Positions 18,132 to 28,105 of a DNA stretch of 64,000 nucleotides are shown one piece after another. Positions within the stretch are counted from its first letter, which is position 1. Each line of letters begins with the position of its first letter. The notes under the pieces are model-generated. The model was not told the origin of the DNA. It worked only from the letters and a program-made list of their open reading frames with translations, and made no database searches. The stretch comes from Flavobacteriaceae bacterium. Its GTDB lineage: Bacteria; Bacteroidota; Bacteroidia; Flavobacteriales; Flavobacteriaceae. The DNA lies in assembly GCA_042091275.1 (NCBI GenBank), contig JBELHR010000005.1:6694-70693 (forward strand). The letters are read 5' to 3'. The position numbers and the translations under genes are program-made.

Positions 18132-18959
18132 TTGCTTAAATTTGACCTAAAAATAAGTATAAACTCTGACCTATTGCAAAAAGAAAGTCTTAAAACTAAG
18201 CCAATATCTGTTGTTCTTTTGGGCGGAGGTAATGTAGCTATTCAATTCGCAAAGAATCTTCTCTCCCATCCATTTGCAGAGTTAATTCAGATATATGCCA
18301 GGGATCTCAGCCAATTGGAGGTCTTGAAAGACGAAACGAAAAAGACAGACTCCTTAGATGATCTTGTAAGTGCAGATATTTACATCTTTGCCATCTCAGA
18401 TAAATCTATAAATGAGGTATCAAGTCATCCCTTTTTTCAGGATAAATTTGTAGTACATACCAGCGGAGCCACTGCTGTGCAGGAACTTGTTCCATACAAA
18501 AATGGAGTACTCTATCCGCCTTTTAGTTTGAGTAAGGAACTAGATGTTCGTTTTAAAGATCAAGACTTTTTTATAGAATCGCAATCTGCAGAGCAATTAG
18601 AGCTTTTACAAAATATAGTAGAAGGTTTTGGGGCGAAGTCTCACTTGGTAAATTCTGAGCAAAGATTGTCCTTTCACACCGCGGCAGTATTTGTAAACAA
18701 CTTTACCAACCACCTATATGCCTTGGGCATGGACTTGGCAAAAAGTGCAGATATACCGAACGAATTTATGGAAGACTTGCTTTTGAAAGGAGTGCAAAAG
18801 TCTTTACTGATCGGAGCGGACAAGGCCCAAACCGGTCCAGCAATTCGGGGAGATTCTCAAACCATGAAATTACATCTCGCCAATCTGGATGAGAACAAAA
18901 AGAATATTTATAAAATCCTAAGCGAATCAATTCAAAAGAGATATGACAAAAAGCTATAA
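18132..18959 (+). CDS. Rossmann-fold / DUF2520-like oxidoreductase-related protein
   Basis: Dinucleotide-binding VVLLGGGNVAIQFAKNL near the N-terminus. Start is uncertain (TTG at 18132 or 18174). Confidence 0.55.
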   Translation: MLKFDLKISINSDLLQKESLKTKPISVVLLGGGNVAIQFAKNLLSHPFAELIQIYARDLSQLEVLKDETKKTDSLDDLVSADIYIFAISDKSINEVSSHPFFQDKFVVHTSGATAVQELVPYKNGVLYPPFSLSKELDVRFKDQDFFIESQSAEQLELLQNIVEGFGAKSHLVNSEQRLSFHTAAVFVNNFTNHLYALGMDLAKSADIPNEFMEDLLLKGVQKSLLIGADKAQTGPAIRGDSQTMKLHLANLDENKKNIYKILSESIQKRYDKKL

Positions 18960-19452
18960 AGAAATAATGCCAGACATCAAGTGTTTTATCTTTGATGTAG
19001 ATGGGGTTCTTACAGATGGGAAACTACATGTTGCAGGAGATGGAAAACTATTGAGACAGGTAAACGCAAAAGATGGCTATGCCATCAAACTAGCCTTGGA
19101 ACAAGACTATAAGGTCTGTCTGATTACTGCGGGAAATGACGAGGGAATCAAAAATAGTTTTAGACAATTAGGAGTCACAGATATTTATATGAATGCTTGG
19201 CACAAAGTCGAGGCTTTTGAGGAGTATATTGAGCTCTATGAAATTAATCCAGAACACATTGCTTATATGGGTGATGATTTACCGGATATCCCCGTTTTAA
19301 AAAAGGTCGGTCTTGCAACTGCACCTTATGATGCCTCTTTTCAAGTACAAGAAATAGCGGATTATGTATCCCAGAAAAAAGGCGGTGAAGGTTGTGTGAG
19401 AGATTTGGTAGAACAAATTATGCGCGTTCAGCAAACCTGGCCTAAGCCTTAA
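18943..19452 (+). CDS. kdsC: HAD-IIIA phosphatase, KdsC-like (3-deoxy-D-manno-octulosonate 8-phosphate phosphatase)
   Basis: 169 aa. FIFDVDGVLTDG and YMGDDLPD motifs. Confidence 0.8.
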   Translation: MTKSYKEIMPDIKCFIFDVDGVLTDGKLHVAGDGKLLRQVNAKDGYAIKLALEQDYKVCLITAGNDEGIKNSFRQLGVTDIYMNAWHKVEAFEEYIELYEINPEHIAYMGDDLPDIPVLKKVGLATAPYDASFQVQEIADYVSQKKGGEGCVRDLVEQIMRVQQTWPKP

Positions 19453-20144
19453 TTTTTATCCGCGAGCATGGGTACGAATTTAAAATCTCCAAACTCGTGT
19501 TTTTCAAATTCTTTTGGCCCTTTTCTGATGAAGAGGGTCATTTTTTGTACCTCTCTTCCGATAGGAATAACCATTCTTCCACCTAATTTCAATTGAGAAA
19601 GTAATTTCTTTGGTAAATCCGGTGCGCCTGCAGTAACTATAATACCGTCAAAAGGAGCCTCATCAACAAGTCCTTTATAACCGTCCCCAAAGGACAAATA
19701 TTTGGGTTTATAGCCTAATTTACCCAGTAGCCTTTTTGTCTTTTTAAAAAGTTCAAATTGCCTCTCTATGGAATAGACCTCCACCTTAAGTTTACAAAGT
19801 ACAGCTGTTTGGTAACCCGATCCGGTTCCAATCTCTAAAATCTTATCCCCTGGTTTTAATTCTAGTAATTCTGTTTGGTAGGCCACAGTATAAGGTTGAG
19901 AAATAGTTTGATCCGCCCCAATGGGAAAAGCCTTGTCTTGGTAGGCAAAGTCCTCGAAGCCTGAATCTAAAAACAAATGTCTCGGAATCGAATTGATTAC
20001 ATCTAAAACGCGTTTATCCCCTATCCCTTTGGATATCAGCTGATCTACTAACTGCTTTCTCCTTCCTTGATGCTTTATACTATCCTTCAATTTTAAGACT
20101 TTTATTCTCGGTGAAATTAGTGAATTTTTAGATTTCAAAATCAA
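19449..20144 (-). CDS. pcm: Protein-L-isoaspartate O-methyltransferase
   Basis: TISQPYTVA and the SAM motif ILEIGTGSGYQTAVL. Convergent 4-nt overlap with kdsC. Confidence 0.9.
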   Translation of the reverse strand: MILKSKNSLISPRIKVLKLKDSIKHQGRRKQLVDQLISKGIGDKRVLDVINSIPRHLFLDSGFEDFAYQDKAFPIGADQTISQPYTVAYQTELLELKPGDKILEIGTGSGYQTAVLCKLKVEVYSIERQFELFKKTKRLLGKLGYKPKYLSFGDGYKGLVDEAPFDGIIVTAGAPDLPKKLLSQLKLGGRMVIPIGREVQKMTLFIRKGPKEFEKHEFGDFKFVPMLADKN

Positions 20145-20177
20145 TTTTTATTACATTTGGGCAACAAACTAAACTTT

Positions 20178-21065
20178 ATGAAAAACATAGCAGTAATAGG
20201 TGCGGGAACCATGGGAAATGGTATCGCTCACACCTTTGCCCAATCTAACTTTAAGGTCAATCTAATCGATATCAACCAAGATAGATTAGACCAAGCCCTC
20301 AACACAATTACCAAGAATTTAGATCGATTGGTCTCTAAGGGTAAAATTGAGGCAGACAAAAAGACAGCTACCCTGGACAATCTGAATCGTATGACCGATT
20401 TGGAATCTGGTTTAAAAGATGTCGATTTAGTAGTTGAGGCGGCAACCGAAAATTTAGACTTAAAATTAAAGATCTTTAGAGATTTAGATAAATGGAGTCC
20501 AAAGACAGCAATTCTAGCAACAAACACCTCCTCGATTTCCATAACACAGATAGCAAGTGTTACCGAGAGACCGGAGCAAGTAATCGGTATGCACTTTATG
20601 AATCCTGTACCAATTATGAAGCTAGTCGAAGTGATTCGCGGTTATGCAACCTCTGATGAAGTTTGCTCACGGGTGATGGAACTTTCAAAAACATTAGGTA
20701 AAACGCCCACAGAGGTAAATGACTATCCTGGTTTTGTAGCGAATCGTATTTTAATGCCTATGCTCAATGAAGCAATTGAGACCTTATATAATGGTGTGGC
20801 TGGCGTTTCTGAAATTGACACGGTTATGAAGTTGGGTATGGCACATCCTATGGGTCCATTACAATTAGCAGATTTTATTGGTCTAGATGTATGTTTATCT
20901 ATTTTAGAGGTTATGTATAACGGCTTTAAAAACCCAAAATACGCACCTTGCCCCCTACTTGTAAACATGGTAAGAGCTGGAAAATTAGGAGTGAAATCCG
21001 GAGAAGGTTTTTACGATTACAGCGAATCCAAAAAAGCAGAAAAAATAAGCAAGCAGTTTTCTTAA
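20178..21065 (+). CDS. 3-hydroxybutyryl-CoA / 3-hydroxyacyl-CoA dehydrogenase
   Basis: MKNIAVIGAGTMGNGIA NAD fold and HFMNPVPIMKLVE block. ATG at 20178 chosen. Confidence 0.9.
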   Translation: MKNIAVIGAGTMGNGIAHTFAQSNFKVNLIDINQDRLDQALNTITKNLDRLVSKGKIEADKKTATLDNLNRMTDLESGLKDVDLVVEAATENLDLKLKIFRDLDKWSPKTAILATNTSSISITQIASVTERPEQVIGMHFMNPVPIMKLVEVIRGYATSDEVCSRVMELSKTLGKTPTEVNDYPGFVANRILMPMLNEAIETLYNGVAGVSEIDTVMKLGMAHPMGPLQLADFIGLDVCLSILEVMYNGFKNPKYAPCPLLVNMVRAGKLGVKSGEGFYDYSESKKAEKISKQFS

Positions 21066-21080
21066 GCTATTTTGTTTTAT

Positions 21081-21113
21081 AAAAAAGCCGCTCCAAATGG
21101 AGCGGCTTTCTAT
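21081..21113. terminator. Bidirectional intrinsic terminator
   Basis: GCCGCTCC-AAAT-GGAGCGGC hairpin (21087-21106) flanked by A6 and a T-rich run. Confidence 0.75.
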
Positions 21114-21115
21114 TC

Positions 21116-22438
21116 TTACATATTCTCTTTATTATCGTCCCAATTCTTTGGTTTGGGATCGTGAAGCTTACCGACGGATTTACCGACAACCATAGCTACG
21201 GTAGCATCTCCAGTTACATTAATAACAGTTCGAAGCATATCCAAAGGGCGATCCACAGCAAAAATAAGCGCTAAACCAATCGCTAACTTATCGGAAGGAA
21301 AACCGATGGAATCCAAAACAATTACTAGCATCACCATTCCAGCACCAGGAACTGCTGCCGATCCAATAGAAGCCAAAAGCGCCGTTAAGATTATAGTGAG
21401 TTGATTGGAAAAAGCCAAGCCTTCTGGCCAGAGAACCTGCATAATAAATACAGCAGCAACTCCTTGATAGAGACTAGTTCCATCCATATTGATGGTTGCG
21501 CCAACTGGCAAAACAAAACTAGACACCTCTTGATCTACTCCCAAATGTTCTTCCACCCTTTCCATAGTTACGGGCAGCGTAGCTGCAGAGGAAGAAGTTG
21601 AAAATGCGAGAATTTGAGCAGGACTAATTTGCTGTAAAAACCAAATTGGTGACTTTTTTGTATAAATGGAAACGATAGAGACATAGACTACAACCATAAG
21701 TGCAAGTCCCAAAACAACTACTCCCGCATACTTGATTAAAGCAAGTAAAATCGAAGCGTCATCTGAGCTGATAATTACATTTGCCAAAAGAGCGAAAACC
21801 GCATAAGGGGCACTCAACATGATCAAATCCACCATTTTTAATACCACATCGTTTAAAGAATCGAAAAAATCCTTTAGAGGTTTAGCTTTCTTATCATCTA
21901 TAAGCAGCATGGACAGCCCCAAAAAGATAGATACAAAAATAACCTGTAACATAAGTCCATTGTTCGCCAAGGCTGTAAAAGCATTTGATGGAACCATATC
22001 GACTAAAAATTGCAATGGTCCAACAGATTTTTGATTTTCAGCGGCCGCCATTTTTGCGGAAACACTTGAACTATTGGCATAGGTAGAAGTCAATTTATCA
22101 ATTGTTTCTTGAGCAATCCCCTCTCCTGGCTTTAGAATATTTACCAATACCAAACCGATACATATCGCAACAATAGTGGTACTTATATACACCATAATAG
22201 TTCGACCTCCGATTAATCGAAATTTAGAAATATCTTTTAGATCCGATATTCCTTTAATTAAGGAGGCAAGTATTAAGGGTACTGCTATTAATTTTAGCAA
22301 GTTGACAAAAATAGTTCCGAAGGGTTTGATCCAATTTTGAACGAAGCTGGTTCCCCAGGACAATTGTAACATCACAAATCCAAAAAGAATACCTCCCAGC
22401 ATTCCAATTAGAATTTTCCAGTGTAGTTTAAGTTTCAT
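21116..22438 (-). CDS. Dicarboxylate/amino acid:cation symporter (DAACS family)
   Basis: 440 aa, multi-TM. SSSAATLP and NMDGT(S)LYQ family motifs. Confidence 0.9.
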   Translation of the reverse strand: MKLKLHWKILIGMLGGILFGFVMLQLSWGTSFVQNWIKPFGTIFVNLLKLIAVPLILASLIKGISDLKDISKFRLIGGRTIMVYISTTIVAICIGLVLVNILKPGEGIAQETIDKLTSTYANSSSVSAKMAAAENQKSVGPLQFLVDMVPSNAFTALANNGLMLQVIFVSIFLGLSMLLIDDKKAKPLKDFFDSLNDVVLKMVDLIMLSAPYAVFALLANVIISSDDASILLALIKYAGVVVLGLALMVVVYVSIVSIYTKKSPIWFLQQISPAQILAFSTSSSAATLPVTMERVEEHLGVDQEVSSFVLPVGATINMDGTSLYQGVAAVFIMQVLWPEGLAFSNQLTIILTALLASIGSAAVPGAGMVMLVIVLDSIGFPSDKLAIGLALIFAVDRPLDMLRTVINVTGDATVAMVVGKSVGKLHDPKPKNWDDNKENM

Positions 22439-22526
22439 TTTTTTAGAAAAGTTTGTGGTCGAAGATAGCGATATTTATTTTGTTCAAGTGATAATTAGTG
22501 TAAATTTGCAGGCCTAAGAATGTATT

Positions 22527-22820
22527 ATGAAAAGACTAAAAGATAAGTGGGGAATCGATTCAAACCTGCAAATCATCATCATATTAATAGTATTTAGTAT
22601 CACAGGATCTCTCTCGGTTTTTGTGGCACGTCCGATTATAGAATTTGTCGGATTGGTCAAAGGAACTTGGTATTACTGGCCCGCTAGGATATTGATTATT
22701 TTCCCTGTCTACCAGGTTATGATTGTAATTATCGGAGCAATTTTTGGTCAGTTCAAATTCTTTTGGAATATGCAAAAGAAAATACTAAAACGAATGGGAC
22801 TAGGATTCCTTTTTGATTAA
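22527..22820 (+). CDS. Small membrane protein of unknown function
   Basis: 97 aa with two clear hydrophobic helices. No assignable family from sequence alone. Confidence 0.55.
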   Translation: MKRLKDKWGIDSNLQIIIILIVFSITGSLSVFVARPIIEFVGLVKGTWYYWPARILIIFPVYQVMIVIIGAIFGQFKFFWNMQKKILKRMGLGFLFD

Positions 22821-22828
22821 ATAAACCT

Positions 22829-23458
22829 ATGGATTTTAATCAATTTTTAGAGTTGCGTATCGCTCTCTCTCAAGTGCAGAGTGAGGCTAACTCCGAGTTG
22901 ATTAAAAAAGTTAGTCGCCACAGAGCTAAGCACAAACTAGACCCTAATAACCCAGCGCGTAAAGCTGCTGTTTTATGTCTTTTGTATCCAGGACCGAATA
23001 ACGAGACCTTTTTTGCATTGACCAGAAGAGAGGAATATCCAGGCGTTCACTCCGCTCAAGTCAGCTTTCCAGGGGGAAAAGCAGAAAGAGAAGATAGCTC
23101 TCTATACCAAACCGCTTTGAGAGAAACGGAAGAAGAAATTGGAGTGGCAAAGGATAGCATTCAGTATATTCGAGCGCTAAACGATCTTTACATACCTCCG
23201 AGTAATTTTCTAGTGAGTCCCTTTGTGAGTTACGCCAAATCGAGACCTGAATTCAAAACAAATCGAGAAGTTGCCGCATTGTTAGAGGTCAATTTAAAGG
23301 ATCTCCTCAATGAGGAAAACTTAAAAGATACCGTTATGAATTTTGCCGATGGCAAGAATATTGAAACCCAGTATTTTGACTTAAATAATCACAAAGTTTG
23401 GGGAGCAACAGCTATAATTCTTTACGAATTCAGAACGTTAATAAAAGGTTTGCTTTAA
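22829..23458 (+). CDS. NUDIX hydrolase, CoA pyrophosphatase type
   Basis: Nudix box GGKAEREDSSLYQTALRETEEEIGV preceded by a LTRR...FPGG block typical of CoA pyrophosphatases. Confidence 0.8.
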   Translation: MDFNQFLELRIALSQVQSEANSELIKKVSRHRAKHKLDPNNPARKAAVLCLLYPGPNNETFFALTRREEYPGVHSAQVSFPGGKAEREDSSLYQTALRETEEEIGVAKDSIQYIRALNDLYIPPSNFLVSPFVSYAKSRPEFKTNREVAALLEVNLKDLLNEENLKDTVMNFADGKNIETQYFDLNNHKVWGATAIILYEFRTLIKGLL

Positions 23459-23499
23459 AAAATCTTTTGTAATTTTACACCGTTAAATGCCGAGAACCA

Positions 23500-24312
23500 A
23501 TGAAATTATTCAAACAAAATCCTTTTGGGCACTATCTATTTCTGAAGAAATGGATCATTAGGATATTTGGTATTATATCCCATAGACGATACAATTCTTT
23601 TAATAAATTACATATTGAAGGATCTGAAATTTTAAGAGATCTTCCAAAAAACAACGTTTTATTTATTTCAAACCACCAAACCTATTTTGCGGATGTAGCT
23701 GCGATGATTCACGTGTTTAATGCTGCACTGAGTGGAAGAGTGGACTCGATTAAAAATATCGGATACATTTGGAACCCGAAGTTAAACGTTTATTATGTAG
23801 CAGCCGCCGAGACTATGAAGTCCGGTTTTTTGCCAAAATTATTTGCTTATGCCGGTTCTATATCCATTGACAGAACATGGAGAGCCGCTGGAAAAGAAGT
23901 GAATAGACAGGTAAAAATGTCGGATATATCAAATATCGGTATTGCCTTGGACGACGGATGGGTTATCACTTTTCCCCAGGGAACGACAAAACCTTTTAAA
24001 CCTATTCGAAAAGGAACTGCCCATATCATTAAAACCTACAAACCAATTGTTATCCCAATCGTTATTGATGGATTCCGAAGATCCTTTGACAAAAAAGGAT
24101 TGGTTATCAAAAAGAGAGGTGTTTTACAATCTATGGTTATTAAAGAGCCGCTAAATATAGATTACGAGAACGATTCTATTGATAAAATTGTAGAAGATAT
24201 TGAGTATGCCATAGAACAACACCCTTCCTTCCTCAAAGTAACTCCTGTAGAAGAATATCAAAAGGAAGAGGAAGAACTGAACAAATCCAGAAAGTTTTTC
24301 TCAAATTACTAA
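23500..24312 (+). CDS. Lysophospholipid (1-acyl-sn-glycerol-3-phosphate) acyltransferase family protein
   Basis: HX4D motif (SNHQTYFAD) and FPQGT block. Confidence 0.8.
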   Translation: MKLFKQNPFGHYLFLKKWIIRIFGIISHRRYNSFNKLHIEGSEILRDLPKNNVLFISNHQTYFADVAAMIHVFNAALSGRVDSIKNIGYIWNPKLNVYYVAAAETMKSGFLPKLFAYAGSISIDRTWRAAGKEVNRQVKMSDISNIGIALDDGWVITFPQGTTKPFKPIRKGTAHIIKTYKPIVIPIVIDGFRRSFDKKGLVIKKRGVLQSMVIKEPLNIDYENDSIDKIVEDIEYAIEQHPSFLKVTPVEEYQKEEEELNKSRKFFSNY

Positions 24313-24371
24313 GGTTTTTATAATAGTTAAATCTTATAGATTTTATATATTTATCAATTATTTCGATAAAT

Positions 24372-25313
24372 ATGACTATTACGCAATTACACTATGTTCT
24401 CGCTGTAGCTGAACACAAAAATTTTACTCTAGCTGCTTCCCACTGTTATGTCACCCAACCGACATTGAGTATGCAGATTCAAAAGCTAGAGGACGAATTG
24501 GAGGTACTCCTTTTTAACCGAGCAAAAAAACCAATTCAACTCACTCCTATTGGTGAAAAAATCGTCAGACAAGCTAGGATTATAGTCGATGAAAGCAATA
24601 GAATAAACGATATTGTAGATCAGCAAAAGGGTTTTATAGGCGGAGAGTTCAAACTGGCTATTATTCCAAGTATTATGCCGACGCTTTTACCCCTATTCTT
24701 AAAGTCCTTTACCACTAAATATCCCAAGGTAAAACTCATTATTCAGGAGCTGACCACAGAAGAAATTATAAAAAAACTAAACGATGGTCATTTGGATGCT
24801 GGAATTGCGGCCACACCTCTTGAACTCGAAACCATAGTAGAGCGACCACTGTATTACGAACCTTTTGTCGGACTGATCAACAGAGATCACAGGCTGTTTT
24901 CCAAAGACAAATTAAAGCCCGAGGATCTCAAAGCGAGTGACATGCTTCTTTTGGAAGAAGGAAACTGTTTTAAGGACAGTGTTTTAAACATCTGCAGTTC
25001 GGATATAAAGGCCGAAGAGAGACCGTTTTCTTTGGATTCAGGAAGTTTTGATACACTTATTCAATTGACAAAAGAAGGTTTAGGAATGACCCTATTACCT
25101 TATCTTCAAAGTATCGAGCTTTCTGAAAAAGACCAAGAATTGATGCGAAACTTTGAGAGTCCTGCTCCGGCGAGGGAGGTAAGTTTGATCTACCACAAAT
25201 CCCAATTAAAGTTACAGCTAATCGAAGCTCTAAAAGATCGTATCGATGGAATTATTAGAGGCGTTATTCAATTCAACGAAGTAGAAATTATAAGTCCTTT
25301 AAAAAAGAAATAA
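24372..25313 (+). CDS. oxyR: LysR-family peroxide-sensing regulator OxyR
   Basis: N-terminal HTH (FTLAASHCYVTQPTLSMQIQKLE). Redox cysteine pair with E. coli-like spacing (EEGNCFKDSVLNIC). Confidence 0.8.
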   Translation: MTITQLHYVLAVAEHKNFTLAASHCYVTQPTLSMQIQKLEDELEVLLFNRAKKPIQLTPIGEKIVRQARIIVDESNRINDIVDQQKGFIGGEFKLAIIPSIMPTLLPLFLKSFTTKYPKVKLIIQELTTEEIIKKLNDGHLDAGIAATPLELETIVERPLYYEPFVGLINRDHRLFSKDKLKPEDLKASDMLLLEEGNCFKDSVLNICSSDIKAEERPFSLDSGSFDTLIQLTKEGLGMTLLPYLQSIELSEKDQELMRNFESPAPAREVSLIYHKSQLKLQLIEALKDRIDGIIRGVIQFNEVEIISPLKKK

Positions 25314-25345
25314 AAAAAGCCCTGAGAATTCAGGGCTATATTTTA
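25312..25345. terminator. Intrinsic terminator after oxyR
   Basis: GCCCTGA-GAAT-TCAGGGC hairpin (25319-25336), A7 upstream and T-rich downstream. Confidence 0.65.
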
Positions 25346-25540
25346 AGGATTGAATCTAACTAAACAAATACTGAGATCTGGTCTATCAAGGATATAGGTC
25401 CTAACCCAGATTTCAAGCTCTTTTTGCTCGTGCGGCAACAATCTTCCGATTGCTTTTTCTAATTCTTTGCAAAACAGGTCCACACTAAAGCTCACTTTAT
25501 CAAGTACTGTTTTGCAGTACTCAAACATTGCTCTGGCCAT
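25343..25540 (-). CDS. Hypothetical small protein (65 aa)
   Basis: ATG-initiated ORF in an otherwise empty gap. No recognisable motif. Confidence 0.4.
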   Translation of the reverse strand: MARAMFEYCKTVLDKVSFSVDLFCKELEKAIGRLLPHEQKELEIWVRTYILDRPDLSICLVRFNP

Positions 25541-25591
25541 ACTTTTTCTGTTTTTGATTTATTTAAAATTATAAATAAAATCCATCTGCAC

Positions 25592-25627
25592 AAAAAAAAG
25601 ACCTGCTAACTTATTAACAGGTCTTTT
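25592..25627 (-). terminator. Intrinsic terminator after the 88-aa gene
   Basis: GACCTG...CAGGTC hairpin (25600-25623) followed on the minus strand by a T8 run. Confidence 0.7.
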
Positions 25628-25649
25628 GATTAACAATATTTTAAGAGTT

Positions 25650-25916
25650 TTACAGCTGATTTAGCTTGTTTACCAACTCTATGGCTCTACTTTCTAAATC
25701 TTGAGAGATTCCCTTGAAGTGCGCTTTTTTGTTTTCTACATTCTTTGCATTTACACGAGTCATCAACACGTCAAAAGTCTGAATTGCTTCATCGATAATA
25801 GCTTGAGAAGGAGCGGAATCACTATCAAAATTGAAGTCCTCCCATGTCATTGCTAAGTCTATAATATCCCCTAAGGTATAGTGAATATTCTTTTTTAAAT
25901 CTTTAATACTTCCCAT
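25650..25916 (-). CDS. Hypothetical small helical protein (88 aa)
   Basis: ORF with its own downstream terminator. No recognisable motif. Confidence 0.55.
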   Translation of the reverse strand: MGSIKDLKKNIHYTLGDIIDLAMTWEDFNFDSDSAPSQAIIDEAIQTFDVLMTRVNAKNVENKKAHFKGISQDLESRAIELVNKLNQL

Positions 25917-25949
25917 TTGTTAAAATTTTTGACAAAAATAGCAAATATA

Positions 25950-26639
25950 TCAGCCAATTAGCTCAATTATGTGCTTTAATTCTGTTAAAGTATCAAATTT
26001 TTTCGAGCTGTGATCCTCCACTTCCTCATGAGCCCAAGTCGTATGAAAAGGAACGTGAATTGCCTGAGCACCTATTTCTATTAAGGGTAAAACATCGGAT
26101 TTTAAGGAGTTCCCCACCATGAGAAAGTCTCGAGGGCTTATGTCTAAACGATCCATTAATTTTAGATAATCCTCCTCCTTCTTTTCACTCAATACTTCCA
26201 CATGGTGGAAAAAAGGCAATAATCCGGATTTTGTTAGCTTTCTCTCCTGATCAACCAAATCTCCTTTAGTCACTACAATTAGTTTAAAACGTCCAGATAA
26301 CTCCCTTAAAACTTCGGGAACTCCAGGTAATAAATCCACAGGGGCATGCAACATCTCCTTCCCTATTTCCAGGAGGTCATTAATTTTTGAAGGGCTAATA
26401 TTTCCATCTGACAAATCTATCGCCACCTCAATCATAGAGAGTACAAAGCCTTTTATTCCATAACCATAGTCCTTTAGATTTTTTATTTCCGTCTTAAAGA
26501 GCTCTTGATGTATTTTACTATTCGTCTCATAGGATTCCAAAAGCGCAGCAAAACGATTTTCTGCATCCCTAAAATAGGTCTCATTTACCCAAAGCGTGTC
26601 ATCTGCATCGAAGGCTATTACCTTAACGTCTTTATACAT
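25950..26639 (-). CDS. HAD family hydrolase
   Basis: Motif I VIAFDADDTLW and motif IV MVGNSLKSD. Confidence 0.8.
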   Translation of the reverse strand: MYKDVKVIAFDADDTLWVNETYFRDAENRFAALLESYETNSKIHQELFKTEIKNLKDYGYGIKGFVLSMIEVAIDLSDGNISPSKINDLLEIGKEMLHAPVDLLPGVPEVLRELSGRFKLIVVTKGDLVDQERKLTKSGLLPFFHHVEVLSEKKEEDYLKLMDRLDISPRDFLMVGNSLKSDVLPLIEIGAQAIHVPFHTTWAHEEVEDHSSKKFDTLTELKHIIELIG

Positions 26640-26701
26640 ATGTTTTTTAGTAAAAATACAAAAGGATTTCTCTTAGACGGCATATTTATTAACTTTGAAA
26701 T

Positions 26702-27706
26702 ATGATTGATTTTATAAATAAGCTTCCAAAAGCGGAATTACACCTCCATATAGAGGGTACACTAGAACCCGAATTAATGTTCAAACTCGCCGAGAGAAAT
26801 AATATTAAAATACCTTTTGAATCTAGTGAAGCGGTAAGAAAGGCTTATGAATTTAATTGTCTTCAGGACTTTTTAGACATTTATTATCAAGGCGCGCAAG
26901 TATTGATTCACGAGGAGGACTTTTTTGAACTGACCTATGCCTATCTTTTAAAGTGTAAATCTCAAAATATTAGACATGCCGAAATTATGTTCGATCCTCA
27001 AACTCATACCGAGCGCGGGGTAACTTTTGAGACTGTTATTTCTGGTATTCAAAGAGCCTGCGACAAAGCAGCTCAAGAACTCGATATAAGTACTTTGCTA
27101 ATTATGTCATTTCTAAGGCATCTTTCTGAATCTGCAGCCTTTAATACCTTAGAAGATTCTCTGCCTTTTAAACACTTAATTGCAGCAGTAGGTTTAGATT
27201 CCTCCGAAAAAGGCAATCCGCCGAGTAAGTTTGAAAATGTTTTTAAAGCAGCTAGAGAACAGGGATATATACCCTTGGCTCACGCAGGAGAGGAAGGTCC
27301 TTCCGAATATATTAGCCAAGCGATTGATCTTCTAAAAATAGTTAGAATAGATCACGGAAATAGAATATTAGACGATACTAGTTTGATAGAACGAGTCAAA
27401 AATTTAGATATGGCCCTAACCCTCTGCCCGCTCTCCAATTTAGAACTTAGAGTGATTGACAAAATTGAGGATTTCCCTTTAAAGGAGATGTTAGACAAGG
27501 GTCTTAAAATTACCATAAACTCGGATGATCCGGCTTATTTTGGCGGACAACTAAACGAAAATTTCGCCGTTTTAACCAAAGCATTGGATTTGGACAAAAA
27601 CACCCTTTTTCAATTGGCAAAGAACTCCATTGTTTACAGTTTGCTCGATTCGGAGCGAAAAACTGCTTTAGTCAACGAATTAGAGGCTTTTTATTCCCCT
27701 TTGTAG
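26702..27706 (+). CDS. add: Adenosine/adenine deaminase (Add family)
   Basis: LPKAELHLHIEGTL metal site, HAGE, and TINSDDPAYFG. Confidence 0.85.
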   Translation: MIDFINKLPKAELHLHIEGTLEPELMFKLAERNNIKIPFESSEAVRKAYEFNCLQDFLDIYYQGAQVLIHEEDFFELTYAYLLKCKSQNIRHAEIMFDPQTHTERGVTFETVISGIQRACDKAAQELDISTLLIMSFLRHLSESAAFNTLEDSLPFKHLIAAVGLDSSEKGNPPSKFENVFKAAREQGYIPLAHAGEEGPSEYISQAIDLLKIVRIDHGNRILDDTSLIERVKNLDMALTLCPLSNLELRVIDKIEDFPLKEMLDKGLKITINSDDPAYFGGQLNENFAVLTKALDLDKNTLFQLAKNSIVYSLLDSERKTALVNELEAFYSPL

Positions 27707-28101
27707 GTTACGTAATTTCTTGGGGTCTCGTACAAAGTAATTTCCAGTTCCATATCCTCAGAGATGTGTTTCCTTAGACTATTCCAGATCACTACAGAGA
27801 TATTTTCAACCGTCGGATTAAGATCTTTAAACTCCTCAACTTGGAGATTTAAATTCTTGTGATCCATTTTGTCTTCGACCTCTCTTTTAATCAAATCCTT
27901 TAAAATTTTCACGTCGATCACATAGCCTGTAACGGGATCAATCTCTCCTTTTACCCCGACAATAAGCTCGTAATTATGCCCGTGATAATGCGGATTGGCA
28001 CATTTACCAAAGATTTCCTCGTTGTGACTATCCTCCCAAGTTTTATTATACAATCTATGGGCAGCGTTAAAATGGGCTTTGCGAAATACGGTTACTTTCA
28101 T
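27691..28101 (-). CDS. 6-pyruvoyl-tetrahydropterin / 6-carboxy-tetrahydropterin synthase family protein (COG0720)
   Basis: FNAAHRL and CANPHYHGHNYEL active-site block. Convergent 16-nt overlap with add. Confidence 0.85.
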   Translation of the reverse strand: MKVTVFRKAHFNAAHRLYNKTWEDSHNEEIFGKCANPHYHGHNYELIVGVKGEIDPVTGYVIDVKILKDLIKREVEDKMDHKNLNLQVEEFKDLNPTVENISVVIWNSLRKHISEDMELEITLYETPRNYVTYKGE

Positions 28102-28105
28102 GTCT

